Assembly (NCBI GenBank): GCA_964473665.1 | Contig: CAYYPV010000015.1 | Coordinates: forward strand, 7,793-71,792 | Reading direction: 5' to 3' | From: an uncultured Candidatus Bathyarchaeia archaeon | GTDB lineage: Archaea; Thermoproteota; Bathyarchaeia; RBG-16-48-13; CAYPFQ01 | Length of the DNA: 64,000 nt | Shown: piece by piece, positions 39,076 through 48,588 of the stretch | How positions within the stretch are numbered: the stretch's first letter is position 1 | How the letters are laid out: the number at the start of each line of letters is the position of its first letter | Translations under genes and position numbers: made by a program | Notes under the pieces: model-generated | Told to the model about the DNA's origin: nothing | Database searches by the model: none | What the model saw: only the letters and a program-made list of their open reading frames with translations

Positions 39076-39663
39076 TTATTTTCTTCTCTCTGGTTTAATC
39101 AGCGCGGATACTACATCGATTTTAGTTATAATTCCCGAAATATTGCCGACATCACTTAAAACTAACACAGCCGGTTCATTTCTTCCTAAAACTGTTAGAA
39201 CATCAGTTATACTCGCATTTTCAGTAACAGTTGCAAAAGGATCCTCCATTACGTCTTGAACAGGACTACCGTACACTTTTTCAGGTTCATGAGCAAGAAG
39301 TAATCGTTTCACTATAGTCGCCTCTTGAATGCTACCCGCCGTCCTCCTTCCTCTTAGTACTGGTAATTGTGAAACACCATGTCTTCTCATTATTTCAACG
39401 GCTCTTCGAATGCTGTCAGTAATATCAACTGTAATAACTGGAGTATGCATAATGTCCTTCGCCGCTTTCTTTTCCTTCGAAACTGTAATTGCAGTAATAA
39501 TTTTCCTAAGAGTTGACAGACGAGGGTCCACCTGGCCTGATTCAATCCTTGCTATAAGTGCTTGGCTTACTCCCGCGCGTTTTGCAAGCTCCTTTTGAGT
39601 TAACCCAGTTAATTTACGCAGTCTCCGTATATCCTCTGCGCTAGGTAATCTTATTGTTGCCAA
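39076..39663 (-). CDS. HTH (XRE-family) plus CBS-pair domain regulator
   Basis: LTQKELAKRAGVSQALIARIESG HTH followed by two CBS motifs. Confidence 0.7.
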   Translation of the reverse strand: MATIRLPSAEDIRRLRKLTGLTQKELAKRAGVSQALIARIESGQVDPRLSTLRKIITAITVSKEKKAAKDIMHTPVITVDITDSIRRAVEIMRRHGVSQLPVLRGRRTAGSIQEATIVKRLLLAHEPEKVYGSPVQDVMEDPFATVTENASITDVLTVLGRNEPAVLVLSDVGNISGIITKIDVVSALIKPERRK

Positions 39664-40074
39664 GCTAATTCGCCTCTAAAAATTTACAGGATAATTTCTC
39701 TACTACAATAACTAAATAAATTATGGTATCATTTTATTTTATGAAGTTGCTTAATTTTACCGGGAGCTCATTAGGAGGGTCTTAGGGACCTTATTGAGCC
39801 TAGGACACGACCCTGTCCTGAAAGAACTTGTGATATCGCATAATATTACTTTGAACACTGGGATAGCCTGCTCTAGGCTATGCTAGGGCACTATCTTGTG
39901 ACCTAGTGTGATGTAACATTGACTGAGTGCGTAGTTATAGTATCACATGTGATTCTAGCTCTTCAATGCTAATGGTTTTTACATTTAGCGCTTTAAGCAA
40001 TGACAGAATATGAAAAAGAGATAAAAAAGAAGCGTTATTAAACTAAGATTCTATTTTTTGAACCATTTGAGGTT

Positions 40075-42399
40075 TTGATAAGTGAAATGAAGCGAGCGGC
40101 GGTTATACGCATTGCTGGGATAGTTCAGGGAGTAGGCTTCAGACCGTTTGTTTATAGAAGTGCCGTAAAAAATGATTTGCTCGGTTACGTGACAAATCTT
40201 GAAGACGCTACAGTAGAGATAACCGTTGAAGGCGAAGAAGGAAACATTAAACAATTCATTAAAGTACTTAAAAGTGAGGCGCCCCCCGTTGCAAACATTC
40301 AATCTATTAAAATCTCTTGGCAATCATATGAAAGATGTTTTAACAAGTTTGAAATAAAAAAAAGTAAGAAAAAACGTCTCTTCTACGGGTTCATGATACC
40401 GCCAGATATAGGTATATGCCATGAATGTATTGAAGATATTTTAAGTCCAGAGAAAAGACGCTGGAACTACTATCCATTCACATGTTGCGCCCATTGCGGG
40501 CCTAGGTTTACTGCAACATATGAATCGCCATATGATCGTGTTCGAACAAATATGCGTGATTTCCCACTATGCGAAAAATGTCAGCATGAGTATGAAGATC
40601 CGATAAATAGACGCTTTCACGCACAAGGTATATGTTGCCCAAATTGTGGGCCTCAAATTGCGCTCTACACTTCTAATGGCAAAAAAGTGAAAACAGGTAA
40701 TCCTCTCCAAGAAGCCGCCAAGCTCCTTGATGAAGGTTATATAGTCGCAATTAAGGGCATAGGTGGTGTTCATATTGCCGCAAAAACAAAAGATGATAGA
40801 ATTCTTGAAAAGATTCGAAAAAGGCGTAGAAGACCAAATCAACCGTTCGCTGTAATGTCACCCAACGTCGACATAATTAAAACATACGCAGCTGTTTCGC
40901 AGGAAGAAGAAAAACTATTAACCTCCTGGCAAAGACCCATTGTACTTCTAAGAAAATCCTCAAACTATTACTTATCTGAGCTGGTCTCTCCAGGATTAGA
41001 TACAATAGGTGTAATGTTACCTTATACTGGAATTCATCTCATTCTCTACCAATTTGTAAAAGAACCAGCCCTAATAATGACTAGCGGCAACGATCCCGGT
41101 CTACCAATGGTCATCACACATAAAGAAGCTTTCAAAACCCTAGGACGAATAGTCGATTATCTCCTCCTTCATAACCGCGAAATCGTAAACAGATGTGACG
41201 ACTCTGTACTTAGACTAATTAATGGAACACCGACATTCATACGACGCTCACGCGGCTATGTTCCGTCACCAATAAAAATACCCATTAATGATGAAATAAC
41301 CGCTATTTCAGTAGGCGCTGAGCTTAGAAATACTGGCGCAATTATTTACAAAGGAAACTGTTACTTAACTCAACATATAGGTGATATTGAAAACCTTGAG
41401 ACGCTTAACCATTTAGAGCAATCTTTAAGGCATTTATCTGTCCTTCTAGGAGTTAAGAATGATGTAGATGTTATCGCATGTGATTTACACCCAAATTACA
41501 TTACATCGCGTTTAGCGCAAGAGCTATCGCAGAAAAAAAACATACAACTAGTTCAAGTTCAACATCACCATGCTCATATTACTTCAGTAATGGCCGAAAA
41601 CAGAGTTCCACCAGACCAGTCAGTTATAGGAATAGCAATGGACGGCATCGGATATGGGCCTGATGGCACCGTTTGGGGAGGGGAAATTCTTGAAACCGCA
41701 TATCAAAGCTATGTTAGACGCGGCCACTTACAATTACAGCCCATGCCTGGAGGAGATCTATGCACGTATTACCCAGTAAGAATGTTCGTATCAACTCTAA
41801 GTTCAGTTCTGTCAGAGCAAGAAATTCGCGACATCACAAGAAGCCACGTAAAAAAGGGTCTTATACGCGGACAAAGAGAACTGTCAACAATTTTTAAACA
41901 GATTAAAAACTCAACAACAACAAAAACAACAAGTTCTGGTCGCTTATTAGATGCCATCGCTGCAGCTACGGGAATTTGCTATAAAAGAACATACGAAGGT
42001 GAACCTGCTATGCGGCTTGAAACTGCAGCAAACGAGGGAGACCCATATAAAATAAAGTTAAAACCTAAGATTTTACAGATAGATGGTAACTATGTGCTAG
42101 ACACCAGCCAACTCATATATGATATTATTACACTAGACCGCCAGAGGATTGTTGATATATGCGCAGCGGCCCAGCGGGCCTTCGCTATAGGTATGGCTGA
42201 AATGGCTATACGGGTAGCAAACGACCATGGAATACGCACAATAGCCATATCTGGAGGCGTTGGCGTTAACTTTAAAATCACACGTGATATTGAAGACTAC
42301 GTGCGGGGTCACATGTTGCATTGTATCCGTCACAGAATAGTGCCGCCAGGCGACGGCGGCTTAGCCTTAGGGCAAGCTATTTCAGCGTGTTTAATGTGA
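40075..42399 (+). CDS. hypF: [NiFe]-hydrogenase maturation carbamoyltransferase HypF (likely ATG start at 40087)
   Basis: Acylphosphatase domain (GIVQGVGFRPFVY), two CxxC...CxxC zinc-finger pairs, YrdC-like and Kae1-like domains. 774 aa. Confidence 0.85.
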   Translation: MISEMKRAAVIRIAGIVQGVGFRPFVYRSAVKNDLLGYVTNLEDATVEITVEGEEGNIKQFIKVLKSEAPPVANIQSIKISWQSYERCFNKFEIKKSKKKRLFYGFMIPPDIGICHECIEDILSPEKRRWNYYPFTCCAHCGPRFTATYESPYDRVRTNMRDFPLCEKCQHEYEDPINRRFHAQGICCPNCGPQIALYTSNGKKVKTGNPLQEAAKLLDEGYIVAIKGIGGVHIAAKTKDDRILEKIRKRRRRPNQPFAVMSPNVDIIKTYAAVSQEEEKLLTSWQRPIVLLRKSSNYYLSELVSPGLDTIGVMLPYTGIHLILYQFVKEPALIMTSGNDPGLPMVITHKEAFKTLGRIVDYLLLHNREIVNRCDDSVLRLINGTPTFIRRSRGYVPSPIKIPINDEITAISVGAELRNTGAIIYKGNCYLTQHIGDIENLETLNHLEQSLRHLSVLLGVKNDVDVIACDLHPNYITSRLAQELSQKKNIQLVQVQHHHAHITSVMAENRVPPDQSVIGIAMDGIGYGPDGTVWGGEILETAYQSYVRRGHLQLQPMPGGDLCTYYPVRMFVSTLSSVLSEQEIRDITRSHVKKGLIRGQRELSTIFKQIKNSTTTKTTSSGRLLDAIAAATGICYKRTYEGEPAMRLETAANEGDPYKIKLKPKILQIDGNYVLDTSQLIYDIITLDRQRIVDICAAAQRAFAIGMAEMAIRVANDHGIRTIAISGGVGVNFKITRDIEDYVRGHMLHCIRHRIVPPGDGGLALGQAISACLM

Positions 42400-43501
42400 T
42401 GTCACAATAATCATGAATTTTTAGAGGCATCCCAAGCTCAACAAGCTTAAGACCCCTCATGCACTCTCGATAAAATTAAGTGACTCCACAAAATAAAATG
42501 CCCATTTTAGTTTAAAATGAAAAAATTTACCTTGAAAGCAAATAGGTCTGTCTTCTTAGTATCGATAATGAGTATCCAATAAAGAATTGCTAGAAAGATA
42601 CTGGTGAAACTTCTAAAGTTGAAAGGACAAAATCATTTGATCAATAGTGATTAAAGATGGTCGTGATGAAGGATGGAAATGTAACAAGTCATTGGAAACA
42701 AAGGACCTTAATTTTTAAAATAGAAAGAGTTATAATTTATTACAAAATAAATTCAATTTTTACTAGGAAAAGAATGAACCGGAATATCTTCTAATAATAT
42801 CCAACCTGATAATAATTACTTTATCGCGAAATAATTTTGATCTCTTATTAATCTTCGCATATTACCATCTGAATTTATCCAATAAACTCTATTTTTTATA
42901 AAAAATACTATTTTATAAAAAGTTATGCGAATATTAATTATTCAGTTATTAAGCAAACGAATAATAATTATAAAGTATGGATTATATTTGGTCAAATATT
43001 ATACGGGAAAATTAAATTCTATTAAGAAGACCGGGGAAATTAGCTAATTTAATATTTAATTCTATTAAGAAGACTAAGGAAATCAGCTGATTTAATCAAG
43101 AGCTCATTAGTGGACATAAATTTTACTTAAATTTATACCCAGACTAAGTATGACAAATGCAGAACTTTCCTGAAGGGAAGTTTACACACTTGAAAAGTAG
43201 GAAAAACCCTTTGGACGAAAGAGCCAAAATAAAACTTTCAGGTAAAGGAATTAAAGAACTATGATTCGTTTTTTGGTTAGCTAATATTAATCTTAAAATT
43301 ATCCCTGATATTACATTGCACTTGTTAAAGAATAATAACGTAGCTTAGCCTTCGGTGAAACTATTTCAGCGTGTTTAATGTGATGTCACAATATGTCACG
43401 GATTTTTAGAGGCATCCTAAGCTCGACAAGCTTATTCAGCCCCCTTTCCTCAGGAATCAAAGAATTATAATTCTCCACTCGTTTAGCTAATAGTGCGCTT
43501 A

Positions 43502-43573
43502 AAAATCACACGTGATATTGAAGACTATAAGTGGAGTCACATGTTACATTGGATCTGTCACAGAATAGTGTAA
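43502..43573 (+). pseudogene. Fragment copying the C-terminal 23 codons of hypF (KITRDIEDY..HMLH.I.HRIV*)
   Basis: In-frame nucleotide similarity to hypF 42273-42345, ending in a stop. Confidence 0.5.
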
Positions 43574-45724
43574 TCGCTTAGCGCTGGGACAAGCTAATGT
43601 ACGTGTTATATGTGATGCTACATTATATCACGAGTTTTTCGACAAGTATACAGGCTTAAGCAAACTGAACGATTCTTTAGTATTAGTTTCCTATCTTCAT
43701 TTGCTACATTATCTAAGATTGGCTTGGTGCTTTGGCGTTATTCACCTGCTTAGTTCTCTATCTGTTTCACTACGGCCGTTAGTAACTAAGACATCTTAAA
43801 GAGCCTGCCACCTTTGGAAGGTATAAACCCACACCCTAAACCAGTCCGTCAAAGGCTAGAATGTCTAAAATGATAGGTATAGTTCAAGATGTTCCGATAT
43901 ACAACTATTTTCCTTATCTGCTTTCAGGTATCCATAGAATTTAACTATGTTCAATCTTTAGTTGCATAGACCTCTCCATACAGCCAGTAACTATAATGCT
44001 AAATAGGTTTAAGGGCTTTAACAATCTTCTAATGGAAACTAGTTCTGTCATTAAAAATTTTTCCGAAATGGTTTATGAGTATACTTGTCCGATCTTTTTG
44101 ACCGATGAAAGAACGGCCACTGTCTATCTTTGTTTGAGCAAAGCAGGATAAGATATGTTGTGAAGCTGCTTTTCTTTAACCTCATTAACTAATATGAATA
44201 TTTGCTTTATTCCTTCAGGGTTAAGCATTTAGTTCACTTTATTACTTTATTAGATTGTAAATGGGCAATGTTGACAATTGAGTGGATTGCGGCCATTTTT
44301 TTGACCATGTGCAATGGAAAATACGTCATCTATAACATGTAAAGTAATTAAAGAACCGTGATTCGCTTTTTCTTTACTGAACTCTAATAATAAATCATGA
44401 ATAACATTAAGGTTTACACGCAGAGTCCATATACAGCAGACTAGCAAATAGAATAGTGCCGACAGGCGATGACTACTTAGCCTTAGGGCAGTCATTTCAG
44501 TATGTTTAACGCGACATTATTAGACATAACAATTGTTTCTAAGGATAACTGTAATTTTAAGTACTGCTCCCGCCTTTAAATCTGTGATATCACATTATAT
44601 CACATGTTTACGACAGCCTTCTGGGCCTAATACGCTTCCTAAGATCCTTCTAGTGCCCCCTCGGTCAAATTAAGCAATTCTACAAAATAAATAGTCACAT
44701 ATTAGCCTAAAGATGGAAAGATATTGGATGGATTCATCGTGAAGCGATACGACTTTGTCTTCTTAGACTCTACAATAATGATTAATAAACGAATTGATAA
44801 GGCACTTTGGTGAAACTCCAGCGGAAGGAGGATTTCTTTTTATCAATTAGGAAAGCAATGAAGGGATTTTTATTGGAAAATGTAATGTGTCTTAGGGCAA
44901 AATGAATTTGATTTTGAAGAAATAAGATCATTTGTAAAAATGAAAAATAATGGAATTTTATGTATATATAAATAGATTACAAAACAAATGCTGGATTTAT
45001 TCAAAAATAAAAGCATGGACCTTCTTCAAATTGGTGAGTTATGGTGATTTATGCGAACAATTTTTAGATTTCTTATTAATTTTACATATTCGATGATTTG
45101 AATTTATTTAATAAACTCAATTTATGATAATTATTTTATAACTATTGGCCGTTTTCTATTTAGAAGATGTTATCAGTACTGATGGCATCAGTACCAGTTA
45201 TTCAATCATTAAGCAAAATGTGGTAATAGTACGAAAATAGAGTATATGATCCAAATACGTTGAGATATACCGAAATTCTAAGAATGCGGGCTGAAGAGAT
45301 TTAGGATAATCTGACTAAGATTTCAGGATGGATACTAATTTGATTTGTCTAAATTTATACTTAGACTAATTATAGTAAATGAATGATCATTGAAATGTAA
45401 CTTTATATTTGGAAAGCAAAAGAGAATTCATTTAGGAGAAAGGTTAGAGATAGAATTTTGGATAAAGGAATTAAAGAACTGCTATTCTCTTTTGTCTAGC
45501 TAATACCAATATTGAAACCAGTATAAAATTGAGATTTATGGTGTAGTAACATGCTAAATTGTACATACCACTTACAGAGCTGGCGGGCAATACCGTTAAG
45601 GCAAGTTATTTTAGTGATTTATTGTGATATCATAAAATATCACTGCTATTTTTCTTCGGGATTTTTATGGCGTATAATTTGAATTATATATTATTTCGGT
45701 CTAAATATGTGATGTCACATTATA

Positions 45725-46219
45725 TCACATGTTTTTCGACAACTTTCTAGGCTCAACAAGCTTCTTTAGGCTCTCCTCAAGCTCTTGCTGTAGGATCGTA
45801 GTTACTTTAAGATCTTCATTTGTGGCTTCTCCCGCTTCTATTCTTCCCCATATTTCATGGTATGCTTCAGCGTAACGTTTCAGATTATACGCAACTTCTG
45901 CATATTTATCAAACGTTGGATCCTCAAAAAAGCCTACATATCCTAGGAGAAAAAGAGTATAAATTGTTTGAATGACATTTCTACGAGCCTGTTTTAAAGT
46001 CCTCGTGAAGGCCCCGCGGCTTAAACCTTCCTTTTTTAGCCTTAATTTAACTTTTTCACGGTATTTTAGGCGTTTTTCTATATTTTCTTCAGATAAAATG
46101 TCAATTAACAAAGTTTCTAGCTGTATTTTTGTTAAATTACTATTTTCTAGAAGTATTTTTGTTATTGGGTCGTTTAAAATACGTTTTATCCAATTCTGAA
46201 CAGAATTTAAGTCGCTCAA
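45725..46219 (-). CDS. Hypothetical 164-aa protein whose 3' end lies inside a repeat unit; paralog remnants are present at the other repeat copies
   Basis: Intact ORF. C-terminal ...KKLVEPRKLSKNM is encoded by the repeat. Degenerate copies (..KLVELRMPLKI..) at 42400-42460 and 43380-43470 on the minus strand. Confidence 0.45.
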   Translation of the reverse strand: MSDLNSVQNWIKRILNDPITKILLENSNLTKIQLETLLIDILSEENIEKRLKYREKVKLRLKKEGLSRGAFTRTLKQARRNVIQTIYTLFLLGYVGFFEDPTFDKYAEVAYNLKRYAEAYHEIWGRIEAGEATNEDLKVTTILQQELEESLKKLVEPRKLSKNM

Positions 46220-47506
46220 ACTTCACAACTCCTACTTGCTTATTGAGGATACATTTTTGTATACACAACTAGATATTAAAATCGGTGGGCTTTCCATTTA
46301 AATATCCGTCAAAAGTTATCTGAGATATCACAGGGTATTACCTTTTTTCAAATAAAACTTAGCATGCAGTTTTTTGGATGAATAATAACATATTTACATT
46401 AGAATTGCTGTTTGTGCAGTGTACCGTGATTTTATTGAATTGACCAAAAATATTGTGGTTGTTTTCCGACGAATGTAACTTAGTACAAACATTTCTTTCC
46501 TCTTAGGGGAGATTGACTCAATTCTTTCAGTAAAGTTCTATAATAATCCATTTCTGAAGCAAAGATTGTATTAAATTCATTAAAAATGGTATTATAAATT
46601 ATACTGCCTGGATGTTATCAGTGGATTATAGTGTTTCTAATCTCTAACTATGTATTACGTGCTGAGTTCTTATGAAGAAAATGATAAGAATTTTTTTATC
46701 CAAAAAAGAGATGGCCCAAAATATATGAATTGGGAAGGAAGGTAGCAAAATATTAGTAATAAATACATATCATTGATGCAATGCCTGGGATTAAGACGAT
46801 ATTTTCAGTCAGGCATTAATTTGCTTGCGTGAAAAAAGGTATAGTCAGTGCAAAAGCATGATAGTACATGCATTTTTATAGCAAGTGCATGTCAATTTCA
46901 TATCATTATGCAATAAAACGAAGCATATTATTATAGGTACTAAGCGATAAAAGCTGATTTCTAACTGATTATTTTATTAAATATAGGACTCAACTGTTGA
47001 CATTATTCCACTCATAGATCCATATGAAACTCAAGTCAAACCGTTAGGAGTGCATAAAGAAATTTCAAGAGAAATAAGGATATCTTAAAGTGAGTCAGAT
47101 ACTGCAGGATGAGCTTGAGTAGGGCCTAAGGAAGCTTGTTGAACATAGGACATTGTCGAAAAACATGTGATAAATTGTGATATCACATATTTTTAAGGCT
47201 GTAACTTTGTTTAAACTTATGCATTCTTCACCCTTAGATATATGACCCGATCAACTTGATTAGGCAGAACTAGGCCTGAAATATGATATGCTTGGCCTAA
47301 TTCGCTAAGTCTTGAACACAAAATTACGCCTACCAAAATTGTGAAATAATTGGTATACCGCATTCATTAGTTCAAAATTCAAATATAATTAGGCATTGCT
47401 GGAGAACTGAATATAAACAGTTTAGTCCACTAACCTTAAAACTTAGTTAATTGACAAAAGGTATAGACTTTTAGTAATTATCTAAGCGCTGATGTGGGAA
47501 ATAGTT

Positions 47507-47740
47507 ATGGGCAGAAGAAGACGTAAGGTAGTTAGAATTCCTAAGAAGCGAATACCTAAAGTTTTTCGCTGCCCTCGTTGCGGCGAAGATGCTGTAAGAG
47601 TTATAGTTACCAAAGAGCAATCTTCTGCAATTGTTCAATGCGGTAAATGTGGCTTAAAAGAGGAAATTTCTATTTCGCCAGTTCTTCAGCCAGTTGATAT
47701 ATATTGTAAATTTGTTGATATATTTTCCAGCAGAGCATAA
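47507..47740 (+). CDS. Elf1-like transcription elongation factor (zinc ribbon)
   Basis: MGRRRRK...FRCPRCGEDAV...VQCGKCGLKEE...PVDIY matches the eukaryotic/TACK Elf1 pattern. Confidence 0.7.
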   Translation: MGRRRRKVVRIPKKRIPKVFRCPRCGEDAVRVIVTKEQSSAIVQCGKCGLKEEISISPVLQPVDIYCKFVDIFSSRA

Positions 47741-47751
47741 AGTGATCAGCT

Positions 47752-48522
47752 ATGCCTAACAAAATTGAGGCATACTTATTATCCAAAATCAAGCATGATG
47801 GTGCAATTCACTTAACTCTACTTGATCCAGAGAACGTTTCGCCAAATGGAGCTACTGAAATATCAATGGAAGCTGAAAAAGCTGGTACAACAGCCATAAT
47901 GGTAGGAGGATCCACTGTTACAGATATTACAAAAGTAGACTCTATTGTTAAAGCAATAAAAAACTCTGTTAAAATTCCAGTAATCTTATTTCCGAACAAT
48001 GTGACTGGTGTAAGTCGATATGCAGACGCCATTTGGTTTATGTCACTACTTAACTCATCAAATCCGTACTTTATAATAGGGGTACAGGCCTTAGCTTCCT
48101 CGTTAATCAAAAAATATGGACTTGAACCGATTTCAATGGGATATGTAATAGTTGGAGAAGGGGGTGCAGCTGGCCTAATAGGAGAAGCTCATCTAGTGCC
48201 ATATAATAAGCCAAAAATAGCTGTTGCTTATGCTCTTGCAGCAAAATATCTTGGAATGCATTTCGTTTACTTAGAAGCAGGTTCAGGTGCAACAAAGCCT
48301 GTCCCAACAGAAATGATACATGCTGTTAAGAAAGCTTCTGGAATTTACCTAATTGTAGGAGGTGGAATAAAAACAAGAAGTGATGCCATTAAGGCTGTGA
48401 AATCTGGGGCAGATATTATCGTAACTGGGACTGTTGTTGAAGAGGCGAGATTTGTTAAAGTTGAACTTAGTGAAATAGTGCATAGTATAAAGGCTACAAA
48501 ACATAAGCAATCAACAACTTGA
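47752..48522 (+). CDS. Geranylgeranylglyceryl phosphate synthase (GGGPS/PcrB family)
   Basis: LLDPE..., AIMVGGS, ILFPNN, YLEAGSGA, LIVGGGI, GADIIVTG motifs. Confidence 0.8.
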   Translation: MPNKIEAYLLSKIKHDGAIHLTLLDPENVSPNGATEISMEAEKAGTTAIMVGGSTVTDITKVDSIVKAIKNSVKIPVILFPNNVTGVSRYADAIWFMSLLNSSNPYFIIGVQALASSLIKKYGLEPISMGYVIVGEGGAAGLIGEAHLVPYNKPKIAVAYALAAKYLGMHFVYLEAGSGATKPVPTEMIHAVKKASGIYLIVGGGIKTRSDAIKAVKSGADIIVTGTVVEEARFVKVELSEIVHSIKATKHKQSTT

Positions 48523-48588
48523 CAAAAACCAACAAATATTTCTTCAATCAAATTGTTAAGCCCGAGCAACTAAGGCTGAGGTAATTCT

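Larger units (their letters stand above)
42400..47490. repeat. Gene-poor AT-rich region built from diverged tandem duplications of the hypF 3' end / ORF164 3' end junction. Copies at about 43344-43432, 43499-43665, 44446-44520, 44582-44625, 45705-45770, 47150-47200 (inverted); larger units repeat about 2.2 kb apart (43120-43330 vs 45350-45550).
   Basis: Direct comparison of the sequence. Recurrent ...cagcgtgtttaatgtgatgtcacaat...tttttagaggcatcc.aagctc.acaagctt... and atgtgatRtcacattatatcacatgtttttcgacaa units. Confidence 0.7.

Noticed and set aside
42400-47490. Possible CRISPR array
   Set aside because: The repeats are irregularly spaced (about 0.1-1.1 kb), vary in length and are diverged. 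They are homologous to a gene end rather than being short identical direct repeats with unique spacers, and no cas genes are present.
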